A DNA stretch of 64,000 nucleotides, taken from NCBI RefSeq assembly GCF_009914755.1, contig NC_060938.1; one strand, 5' to 3'. The notes under the pieces are model-generated. The model did no database searches, was not told the origin of the DNA, and saw nothing but the letters and a program-made list of their open reading frames with translations. Of this stretch, positions 1-11,184 are shown in pieces (the first letter of the stretch is position 1; every line of letters starts with the position of its first letter). The position numbers were made by a program, and so were the translations under genes. The stretch is from the human T2T-CHM13v2.0 reference genome, Homo sapiens.

Positions 1-79
1 AGAACTCACAACGGTAGATCCAGGCCACCGCTGATGGCCATTGATGCTGGGTCCAGCATTTTGCTTATGCTGACATTGC

Positions 80-1270
80 TGTCTTTAAATGCTCTTATCC
101 ATGTACCCTGCTGCTCATTTGCAGGTGTACTCGGTGTGTATCTCAAGGTGGCATGGCTGGGTCACTGAGGTGTGAGTATGTTTGGCTTTATAAGATAATG
201 CCATCCTGTTTTCCAAAGTGACAGTATCCACTGATACTCCTGCCATAGGTATCTGAGAGTCCCTGCTACCGTACAGACTCTGTCAGTGTTCAGTGGTCTT
301 GTCAGATGTTTTAGTTCTTGCCAATCTGATGGCTGTTTGATGGTAGCTCACTGTGTTTCAATGGGCATTTCTCTGGTACTGAGGTTTAGCTTCTTTACGG
401 CTGTTTACTCTTTTGTAAACCATGCCTGGACATGGTTTTGCCCAGTTTTCTACTGGATATTTATCATTTTCCTACTCATTTGAGACTAGAATGATGTATA
501 GTGTATATCCCAGTTTGTGGCTTAACTTTTCACTTTTGATGATATTTTATTTTTTTGATAAACAGATATTGAATTTAAGGTCATCGAATTTCATAATTTT
601 CCTTATAGTTTGAGCTTTTATGTCTTGTTAAGATATCCTTCTCTACCCCAAGGTCATACAGATATTCCTTTATATTGCCTTATAAAAGTTTCGAAGTGTT
701 CTTTTTCTATTCTTATCTATAATTCATCTGGAACTGATGAACTACTGATTTGATTTCATTTATTTTTTCATACAGATACTCAGGTATTCCAACACTGCTC
801 ATCAAAGACCCGTTTACCCCTGTGGATCAGCAGTGTCCATGTGTGTGTAACTTTGTTTTTGTTTCTTTGGCCTATTTGTCTAAGGCTTGTATAAGCCTTA
901 GACCTAAGACATATTGATGCCCTATGAGGCAGATCTCCCTACCTTATTCTTTAGTAAACATCTTGGCTGTTATTATCCATTTGCTCTTTGATATACATTT
1001 TAGAACCTACTTGTCAAATATCACCAAAAACCCCATAGACATTTTGACTGGAACTGCAAAAAACCTATAGAACACTTTAGGAAAAACTGATGTTTTTAGG
1101 ATATTGAATCTTGCTTATTGAATCTAGCATTCCGTGAAGATGGTATGTCTTCTTTTTCATGTTGGTCTGCTTTTATGTCTTTCAGTAAAGTTTTACAGTA
1201 TTCTTCATCAAAATTTCACACATCTTTATTAGATTTATTTCTGGGCACTTTATATTTCAGATACTATCAC
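80..1270 (-). mobile_element. Ancient L1 (L1ME-like) ORF2/3'UTR fragments
   Basis: T-rich degenerate text typical of antisense old L1 (e.g. 'ttttccaaagtgacagtatcc', 'ttctctaccccaaggtcatacagatattcc', 'ttgactggaactgca'); boundaries approximate. Confidence 0.7.
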
Positions 1271-1289
1271 AAATACTGTTTTTTAAAAA

Positions 1290-1810
1290 TTAACATCTTG
1301 ATTGAGATATAATTCACAAACCACAGAATTCATCTATTTGAAGTGTACAGTTTCATGGCTTTAGTATATTTAGTGTATTTAGGGTTGTGCAACTGTCACT
1401 AAAAATCTAAGTTTAGAATATTGTTGTTACTCCAAAAAGAAATGCCTTTACTGTTATCAGCCAATCCCCACTTCCCCCTCCACCCAGCCCCTGGCAGGAA
1501 GAAATGAGTAAATGATTGAGTGGATAAATGAATGTATAACCTTTAGCAAGCTTTATGTCAGACATTGACTGGCCCCAGCCTTTGCTTGTTGTTTATTTTT
1601 AATTTTTTAAATTTTATTTTTTAAGTTTTAATTTTTGTGGCTACATAGTGGGTGTATATATTTATGGGGTACTTGAGATGTTTTGATACAGGCACACAGT
1701 GTGAAATAACACATCATGAAGAATGGGGTATCCATCCCCTCAAGCATCTATCCACTGAGTTGCAAACATTCCCGTTACACTCTCTAATCCATTTTAAAAT
1801 GTGCTGTTAT
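1290..1810 (-). mobile_element. L1MB/L1MC-like and L1MA-like 3' end fragments
   Basis: 'ttgagatataattcacaaaccacagaattcatctatttgaagtgtacag' (~1300) and 'gtatatatttatggggtacttgagatgttttgatacaggca...gaatggggtatccatcccctcaagcat' (~1655-1745) match recalled antisense L1M 3' termini. Confidence 0.7.
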
Positions 1811-2932
1811 TATTATACTTGTTGCTTATTGTTTCTGTTTTCCTTTCCCATCTCTGTTATTGTTCTGGTTTCTAGGCTAATCTCCTGGATTCTATGAGTC
1901 TCCTCCATCACTGTTCATCCTCCAGACCCTGGCCAGACAACTTTTTCCAAAGAAAACAATATTCTAACTTCTCCATTTAAGGAAGCCCTCAGTAACTCCC
2001 CTGGGAATCAAGCCACACTCCCAACGTGTTGTCTACAGGGGAATTGAAGTTTCCAAGTTGATGACTTAAGCAACTTGGAAACAAACACCCGAGGTGCAAC
2101 TCTTCTGTGAGTCGGAGAAGGTCTCTTCTAGGTCTTTGTTTGCTTCAGAGTCCTCGGAAAGTAAACACAGCTGACCTGATTATTCCCCTCCACTTCCTCC
2201 TGAGTCAGAGTTATCTCGAGTTAATTCAGGGAAGAGGCTAAATTAAGCCTTGAAACCAAGCAGCCTCCATGACAGGCGCTTTGTTTTGCTTGAGTGACTG
2301 TGATGATGGGTCTTTGGTTATAAAGGCAGCACTAATTGTATCTTCTTATACCAATCCTGGCCATCTATTCCCTGGCCTGTAGAGACTGGGAGATGCCAGG
2401 TTGCCCCAGAGCACCCACTCATTCATTCAGCACAATTTTCTTAAGTGCCTGCTCCATGCCCGGCATCACGCTTGGAGGTGGGGATTCAAAAGTCCTTCCT
2501 CCAAGGGCTTGCAGTCTTTCTAAGACGACGGATGATAAACCAGAGACTCCATTAGAGACATGACTAGTGCTTGGATAGACATCTGTCCAGGGCAGTAAAG
2601 GGAGTGGATTTCTAAGATTCTTACAACAGACTTCTCATGACTTTGTGCAAAGTTTGAGCTGTGGAGTCACCAAAATAAAAAGGGGGGATCCACTAATACC
2701 TACAAACTAGCAAACAGACACAACCACTTTGAAAAGCTGTTTAGCAGTATCCACTAATGTCAAACGTATGCGTACCCTGTGCCCGGCAGCTCCTCTTCTA
2801 GGTATGTATGTAGTAATAGGAAATGCACGTGTGAATTTTACATTAAAAGAGAAAACTGTAAATAAAAACTGTAGTTAAAACATGCAGCATGCTGCAGTGT
2901 TTACGGGGAAATGAAATAGTATCTGCAGTTTA

Positions 2933-3915
<983 letters not shown>

Positions 3916-4324
3916 TATACGAGGGGAGAAAAAGCAGGAAAACCGAACGAATCCAACTAGAAGCTTTCCCTAGCTGAGCTGTGGGAGTAGGAACCCACTG
4001 TAGGCCTATCTAGTAAACCGAAGTTGTGAAGAATATGAAACTTGCCTTTAGGGTGTTCATTTGTTCACTTATGCACAGTTTCATGTTGCATCAGTTCCTC
4101 CATTCTTCACTGATGTGCTTGCCTCTCGTTCATACGGATGTTCATTCACATGTCCTGTCCTCCGGATCCAGAGCCGCTCTGTAAGGTGCGAGCGACCCAG
4201 CCCTTTCAGGGGCTCATGTGCACAGGGGGAGGGCATGCAGACGTTTCATTTCCCATCTCATTTCACATTCCCACATTCCTGGATTCCCGTTTGTGATCCT
4301 TCCTGGATATGTGCCCTAAGATAG

Positions 4325-4800
4325 CATTCGAATGAGAGAAACAGAACTGGTAAGATATATATAGGTGTATATAAAGAGATTTATTATACAGAGTTGACTC
4401 GTGATTTTGGAGACCAGCAAGTCCTGAGATCCGCAGGATGAGTCAGCAAGCGGGAGACCCAGGATGGCCAGTGGTGTGGTTCCATCTGAAGCCCTGCAGG
4501 CTCAAGGCCCAGGAAGAGCTACCTGAAAATCAACAGTTCGAGTCCAAAGGCAGGAAAAAGCCATTGTCCCAGCTTGAAGGCAGGCAGGCAGGAGGAATTT
4601 GGGGGAATGTCAGCCTTTTTGTTTCATTCGGGCCTTCAGCTGATTGGTCAGTCACCACCCACATTTAGGACAGTCTGATTTCTTCAGTCTCCCAATTCAA
4701 ATGTTAATCTCATCCTGACACACACACCCAGAATAACGCATGACCAGCTATCTGGGCGTGCATGACCCAGTCAAGCTGACACATAAATTTAACCATCATC
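4325..4800 (-). mobile_element. MLT2-family (ERVL) solo LTR
   Basis: Ends 'gacccagtcaagctgacacataaatttaaccatca', the reverse complement of the MLT2 start (TGTGATGGTTAATTTTATGTGTCAACTTGACTGG); begins with 'agagaaacagaactgg...tatatata...gagatttattata'. Confidence 0.85.
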
Positions 4801-5034
4801 AAACCCTGAAGCGTGAAAAGCCTCCTGGCTCTAAAGGCACAGCCCTCCAGTGGAAGAAATGTAGCTATGGGGCTGGCCTGGTGCACATCACATCACAAGT
4901 GGACGGGCTGCCACCACCACACACACTGATCCTATTTTACCTGTGGTTTGGACCAGCAATTGGTAGAAAAGAAGGCTTTGGCTGCCCAGTCTGCCTCCTG
5001 GATGGCCATGTTTTCTGTCTTCGAAAATAAAAAG

Positions 5035-5760
5035 TTATTTTGATTATTGCAATACATACCATGCATACAAAAAGAGTAGCTGGAAGATATGCCTGCAGTT
5101 TAAAGGAACAGTTTAAAGCTTAACAGATGGCAGATGACTAGTATCTGAAGGCCACTGGTGCCCCTCCCTCATGGCAGCCTGCTCCACTCTTGCCTGGAGA
5201 AAGCCACTCTCCTGAGTTTTGCGCTAGTCACTTTGGTGCTAATCATTCCATTACTTTTTATGAAAATCAAATAGCACATGTCTAAAACAATAGATGACTT
5301 GGTTTTGCCTGTTTCGAGCCTTTATAAATCAAATTGTACTGCACAAATTTGTCTGCCATGTGCTCTTTCCCTCCGCTAAGTGTCTGGGCTTTGTTCTTCC
5401 TGTTGCCTGTAGTTCTAATTCATTCATTTCACCATCATATAATATTCCATTGTAGAGACTGACCACCACATGTTCATCTGCTCTCCTCTCGGTGCATATC
5501 TGGGTAACTTCCAGTTCTCTGCTATGGCAGATGAAGCCCATGGGAGCAGTCCTGTGTCCATGCCTCCAGGTGCACAGAAGTGAGGCCTTCTCTAGGGTAT
5601 AACCTGGCAGAGCAGGTGCCCAGTGGTAGAATATGTCTGTTCACTTTTCTAGCTAATGCCTGGAAACTTTCTGGAATGATTGTAGCAATATCTGTTTCTA
5701 CCAGGGATTATGAGAATTTCTCATGGCGTTACTCATCCACACCGTGCATAGACCCTTTAC
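5035..5760 (-). mobile_element. Ancient L1ME-like fragment
   Basis: Degenerate antisense L1 3' phrases ('gttgcctgtagttctaattcattcattttcacc...atattccattgtag', 'ttctctagggtata'). Confidence 0.65.
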
Positions 5761-6257
5761 CATCCTGCCTGGTCTCAATGAATCACCTTCCCTGGCTTCC
5801 AGCCACCCCTACCCATACCGCAGTCAGAGCTTTAGCATGGTAGGACTGTGATGCCCCATACACACTTTGTGGATACTCAGGACAGCATGTTTCTTGCGTG
5901 TAACCCAATATGTGAGAGTATGTGAAATTCCCACCACCAGGATGGAGGGCACAGACTTTAGTTTCACTGCAGTGCAGCTGACCCAGTTTCTCCTTCAAGG
6001 GAAGGGGGGAAAACCAGCTCAACAAAGTGGGTGATGCCCGGGTAGACTTCTAGGCTCCTCTCTCTGTACCAATGTCAGGACACTCATCTTCTAAACCAAT
6101 TAGCCGTGTTCTGCCTTTTTCCCATGGCCAAGAGCAAGGTGTCCCAAGGTAGGATCCTTGTGGGATTTGTCATTCTCCCACCATGTTCTGACCTGCAAGC
6201 AGATCACTACCCACTACAGATCTGCCTGGCTATGGAGGGCATGCTTATAAATGATCA

Positions 6258-6286
6258 TCTTTTGTGCTGCCTCTTTCCAATTACAG
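6258..6286 (+). promoter_or_regulatory. TUNAR: 3' splice acceptor of the TUNAR terminal coding exon
   Basis: Pyrimidine tract 'tcttttgtgctgcctctttccaattacag|G' ending in CAG at 6284-6286, 39 nt upstream of the microprotein ATG. Confidence 0.8.
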
Positions 6287-6325
6287 GTTAGCCTGGCAAG
6301 GAAGATAAAGACATTTGCAACCAAG

Positions 6326-6472
6326 ATGGTAATCACTAGTGAAAATGATGAAGACAGAGGAGGTCAAGAAAAAGAAAGTAAAGAGGAGAGTGTCTTGGCA
6401 ATGCTGGGGATTATCGGGACCATTCTGAACCTGATTGTGATCATATTTGTCTACATATACACCACCCTGTGA
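6326..6472 (+). CDS. TUNAR: 48-aa transmembrane microprotein pTUNAR/BNLN (MVITSENDEDRGGQEKESKEESVLAMLGIIGTILNLIVIIFVYIYTTL)
   Basis: ATG at 6326 in strong Kozak context (ccAagATGG), TGA at 6470-6472; acidic N-terminus plus C-terminal ~24-aa hydrophobic helix; non-repetitive; sequence recognised from memory as the TUNAR (LINC00617) microprotein. The ORF-track start at 6251 is intronic. Confidence 0.93.
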   Translation: MVITSENDEDRGGQEKESKEESVLAMLGIIGTILNLIVIIFVYIYTTL

Positions 6473-7051
6473 ATGGCCCAGAGCGTCCTCAGAGGCCTCA
6501 GAATGGCCAAAGACGGAAGTCCTGCGTGTCGGCGCATCACTGACCAGACCCTGCGAGAACAAGCAGGCTTGACCCGCACATACCACCCAATCAAATGCAC
6601 CTTCAAACTTTACAAAAGGTCACACAAATAGACCGATCCTGCTGCAGGGAGCAGACACTAAAGCACAATGATTCCAACAAAACTCATTCACAGCACTAGG
6701 AACTCAACGTCTTTGGCAGGGGGCCCAGAAGAATGCTTGGAAGACCAGCCTCTGACACCATCAGTGAGCGGATGGGTGCAGAAATTCATTATTCCAGATC
6801 GCTGACAGATATCACATATTTGAAAAGATGAATAGGGCGGACATGGCTCAGATGTGTGTCTCCCAGGACAAGTGTTTCATCTTCACTTGACGAGCTATTT
6901 AGTGGAAAAACCACAGGCGCAGCCCTTTGACAGGCATCCCATTCATCAAAAGTGTCTAACTATTTGATACTGGGGAGATAACTTATTTTTCTTTTTTCAT
7001 TGGCTTGACATGTGTATCTGTTCATGTCAAGGTTTATAAATATATATTTTT

Positions 7052-7057
7052 AATAAA
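7052..7057 (+). terminator. Proximal polyadenylation signal AATAAA
   Basis: AATAAA in AU-rich context with upstream TGTA (7013) and downstream T-rich tracts. Confidence 0.6.
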
Positions 7058-7982
7058 TGTGCTCTATTTTTTAGCATGAACCAAATACTTGGAGAGGCAC
7101 TCCCAGATCCATAGAGCTTTCCTTAGTTTTATCTGCTTTGTCCCCTCCTCCCCCAACTACAGATGTTCTGTTGTGGAGCCATTCTAGTCCTTTTGTCTCA
7201 TCTTGAGTCTTTTACCTTGCGCTTTTGTTCTCTCTCTCTCCTCTCTCTCTGCCTCTTTGGTCTGAAGGACATTTTCCCATACTGTCAGCCATGGTTTTGG
7301 GTGCATGTTTTAAGATTGTCCATTGAGTGGCTTTTTGTTGTTATCTCGGAGATATAAAATGATTGTGGGCATGCAGACCTTAGATGCACCCTATCTTTAC
7401 TGAGAATTATGCATGAATAAGGGCTGAGTGATAGATCAGCTTAAAATTAAAAGGACTACCTTTGAGGAAGAAGAGCGTGGCTATATTTGCAGATGAACTT
7501 TTGAACAGAATATTCAGCTTCTTACCGGCAGCGTTATTGTTTCATTCTTGTGACCATTCGTTTATCAGATTTTGATTTTAGCGGTCATGTACCGCGAGAG
7601 TTGGGAAGAACAAGGGGGAAAGCTCGGGATTAGGTGCATTACTCCTTCCTTTGCAAGATACCTGGGATCCTCCTCAAAAGCGGGTGGGGTATAAATGACA
7701 CAAGAACTCCCCCAGGAGATCTCATGGTGATTCAGGCTGTGAGGACAGCCCTGTGACAGGTGACTTTTCAGGGACATGAGGAGGGGATTTAATGATTGCC
7801 CTAAAGGACTTCTGTATTTTTAAAGCCCCTGGTTTACACCCACATGAAGCTATTTCCTCTCTGGCAGGGATGGTTGCATAAAAACAAATTAGCTCCCTTC
7901 TGGCTCCCTGAAATGGGCCCTTGCCTGGCTACAGTGGCATGGCCTTAAAGAGAGGGTTAGTATTCCTTCTGCCATTGCCAGC

Positions 7983-8319
7983 TGTATTAGTCTGTTTTCA
8001 CACTGCTGAAAAAGACATCCCCAAGACTGGGCAATTTACAAAGAAAGAGGTTTATTGGACTTACAGTTCCACGTGGCTGAGGAGGCCTCACAATTACGGT
8101 GGAAGGTGAAAGGCACGTCTCACATGGTGGCAGACAAGAGAAGTGAACATGTGCAAGGAGACTCCCATTTTTAAAACAGATCTCGTGAGACTTTTTCACT
8201 ATCATGCAAACAGCATGGGAAACCTGCCCCCGTGATTCAGTTACCTCCCACCGGGTCCCTCCCACAACACATGGGTATTCAAGATGAGATTTGGGTGGGG
8301 TTACAGCCAAACTCTATCA
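7983..8319 (-). mobile_element. THE1-family MaLR solo LTR within the putative TUNAR 3'UTR
   Basis: 'tgtattagtctgttttcacactgctg...gatgagatttgggtgggg...cagccaaactctatca'; 5-bp TSD CCAGC at 7978-7982 and 8320-8324. Confidence 0.92.
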
Positions 8320-8584
8320 CCAGCCTTGCCCCTGGGCAGAAGCAGCAGCAGTCTGCCTGGCTGGATTCAAATGATTCTGAGGCTTCTATAGTCTATGCCT
8401 GCAGATCTCTCCCTCACCCATGCTATAGTGTCTGAAATTCCACCATTAGAGAGTCATTTCTTGGGCTCTGTTAAATGGACCAGGCTCTTTTATAAAGAAA
8501 ATGCCCCTGAGCAGCTGGCTCTGGCATTGATTTATGATATCTTCTCTTCCCTGCCAGAAGGAAGGAAGCTAAGGTGCATGTAGG

Positions 8585-8790
8585 GCGTACTGTGTGCCCA
8601 GGCACTGTGCCAGATGCTTTGGATACTTGGAGTCATTGAATTCTTGTAGTAACCCTGTGAGAGAGGGAGTCTTTTCTCCACATTGTAGAAGAAGGAAAAA
8701 GGGCTCAGAGAGGTCAAGAAATGTCCCTGAGATCACATGGCTTCTAGTGGAGTCAAGATCCAAACCCAATGTGTCTGATTCCTTAGCCCT
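8585..8790 (-). mobile_element. MIR SINE
   Basis: 'tgtgcccaggcactgtgccagatgcttt...gggctcagagaggtcaag...agatcacatggcttctagtggagtcaagatccaaaccca' is the antisense MIR core. Confidence 0.8.
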
Positions 8791-9045
8791 TGGGGGTCCG
8801 GAGGCTGCTGAACAAGAAAGGAGGTGGAGAGGAGAGAAAGCTGCAGGCATACCACCGCACACCCTTCTCCCTCCCCTGTAAAAACAACCCTGGGAACTCC
8901 CTGGACACTAGCAGAATATCATACACTAAGGATAAGGGATGAGAGGAGGCTGGTTAGAAATAAAGCAGTGTCAGGGGGAAGGAGCTACTCAGTAGGCTCT
9001 GTGTGATTCTAGAAAGACTGTATGAAAATTCTGAACACTGAACAG

Positions 9046-9058
9046 AATAAACAATAAA
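9046..9058 (+). terminator. Distal tandem polyadenylation signals (AATAAA x2; another at 8959)
   Basis: 'gaataaacaataaaggtgcaatgg' with upstream TGTA (9019) and downstream U/GU-rich element. Confidence 0.65.
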
Positions 9059-9579
9059 GGTGCAATGGAAAAAAATACTCGATGTCTTTTCTTTCAACAT
9101 TGTGGGATATAAAACATTTCAATGTCAGTCCTTTGCCTATACATAGTGTTTATTTATTAAAAAAAAAAAACTGAATGTGATGCTGTTAAACGGAGACTAT
9201 TTTGTGTGGACTATAGAAGCCTCAGTGGTTTTTCAAGTATACGAATTTGAAATGTACTGAGGGGGAAAAGTGCCTTTCCAATCCTCTGCTCCCGGGATGG
9301 TTCTTCTAAGTTGTCCTAATCCACAGCCTGGAAATAAAGCTGCCTGTTCAATGTTGAACAGAGCAGTGATGCCCTTTCCCACAGCTCCAGCATGCCCTGT
9401 CTTGTTTCCTTTCTAATTTAGTAGAGACCATGAACACACACTGGGCAAACTCATAGCTTCCCCCAGATCTAAAGCCATCGCGAAGGGACGTGGAAGGGAG
9501 AGGCTGGCAGTGCCCCTCCATCCTCAACATCTGAGTGAGCCCCAAGCCCAGCCTTGGCCAGCAATAGCAATACCCAAAA

Positions 9580-9745
9580 CAATGCCAGGGCCATCTACTC
9601 TACCAAGCACTTTCTACTCATCCTGCTGGGCACAGAACAATCCCATGAGATGTGTGTTTATCCCCACTTTACAAGATGAAGGAAAAAAGCAAATCGACTT
9701 TTCTGAAATTGCACAGCCAGAAACTAGCAGAATCAGGTCTTTGCC
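9580..9745 (-). mobile_element. MIR fragment
   Basis: 'atccccactttacaagatgaagg...tgcacagccagaaactagcagaatcagg'. Confidence 0.6.
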
Positions 9746-10039
9746 CCACGTCCACCAGCCGTCAGCACCTTGCCTGCCCCAGGTGGTGTGATGAACCATC
9801 TGGCTAGCTCAGTCACAATATACAGATTCCCATCAGCCCTGGCACTTCTTGATCACAATACAGCTGGCCCTGTATTGATCACAATACAACTGATCACAAT
9901 ACAACTGGCCTTTCACCTCTCCTCTGGGAAGGCAACTTTGAAAGGCCGGGTCCTAGCCCCGGAGGGCCAGCCATGCTGCTGGAAGTGTAGCCTGGTGGTT
10001 TGGAGCCACAGGGCACTTGCCCTATGGCCAGAAACCTCC

Positions 10040-10190
10040 TGGTCCTGAGTCCCATCTCTGCCTCTTTCAGTGTAAGTGATGACGGGCAGCTCACAGGAAC
10101 TCACTCTGAGTTTCAGCTTTCCTCACCTGTAAGAGGGGATAACAACAACAGTCCCACCTGGCGGAGCTTTGTGAGGATTAAAGGAGCCTG
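10040..10190 (+). mobile_element. MIR fragment
   Basis: 'ctctgagtttcagctttcctcacctgtaagaggggataacaacaacagtcccacct...tttgtgaggattaaa'. Confidence 0.7.
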
Positions 10191-11184
10191 ACCAGCTGAA
10201 GCTGCCGGCACCACCAGGCCTGGCCCATAGCTCATGCTCAGGTCATGCTAAGCTCCTGCTGCTACATGAAGGCAGCCAGGGAGCCGTTGGGCATACATTT
10301 TGGGGGCCCCTTCTGGCCTCGCTCCCTCTAGTCTGCATGCTTCCCTTGCCTGCAGGGAGGACCAGAGAGGGGCCTTATGCCAGCAACAGAAAGGGAAGTT
10401 CACATGGCAACTCGGTCCTACTCTTGTTGTCTTTTCATAAATCACACACTCATAGTCACAGTCAAAAAATAATTACAATTCTAAAAACTATATACAAGCA
10501 CTTTTTAAAATTAAGGTAACTCCCAAATCTCACCACCCAGAAGCAACCACTATTAATATTTAGTGTGTAATTTATAGAGCAGGTGGCTTGTACTATATAT
10601 ATTATATTGTATAGTACACTAGCACTATAGAGCTAGTGTGTAATTTATAGAGCAGCAGGACTCTGTTTGGTGAGTCCATTTTTTCTTGAATTTTGAAATC
10701 TCTTTGTCTTTTGGCAGGGCACACTCTTCAGCCACTGCCCCCGTGGCCCCTGCAGTCTTTCAGTGGACAGTTCTCCACATTTCTGTAACTTGGGTCGTAA
10801 GATGTTCTGGATGATATCCTTGAATGCCCATCCAGACATTGACCTATAAACAATAGATTGGATATTGTAATTTATAAAAAATGGCCTCATGCTATGAGCA
10901 GTGCCTCCAAATAATTTTGTCATTGGCAATTATGAATACACTTCCACATCAATGGATCTATATGGGCAAGCCCTCGTGATGGTTGTTCAGTGTTCTGTGG
11001 TTTAGATGTACCATCACAAATTACCCTGTTCTCTTACTGCTGACCCTTAAGGTCATTGTCAGTGTTTTGCTACGAACCATGCAGCCTTGCTCTTTAAAGC
11101 ATCCCAAGCATTGTCCATCTCTCCCCCATGATCCCCTAGAGTGGTCTCAGGTAGTGTGCTTTACAGCAAGCTTCAAGGACATAT

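Larger units (their letters stand above)
6287..9075 (+). other. TUNAR: TUNAR terminal exon (short 5' part, CDS, long 3'UTR); 3' end inferred from poly(A) signals
   Basis: Acceptor at 6286, CDS, unique sequence with retained CpGs, tandem AATAAA at 9046 and 9053 followed by a T/GT-rich element ('gatgtcttttctttc'). Confidence 0.65.

Noticed and set aside
6251-6325. 73-aa version of the TUNAR ORF starting at ATG 6251
   Set aside because: That ATG lies upstream of the polypyrimidine tract and acceptor (6286), so it is intronic unless the intron end is retained.
6281-6586. 101-aa antisense ORF overlapping the TUNAR CDS
   Set aside because: Shadow frame of the real ORF with no recognisable features or gene signals.
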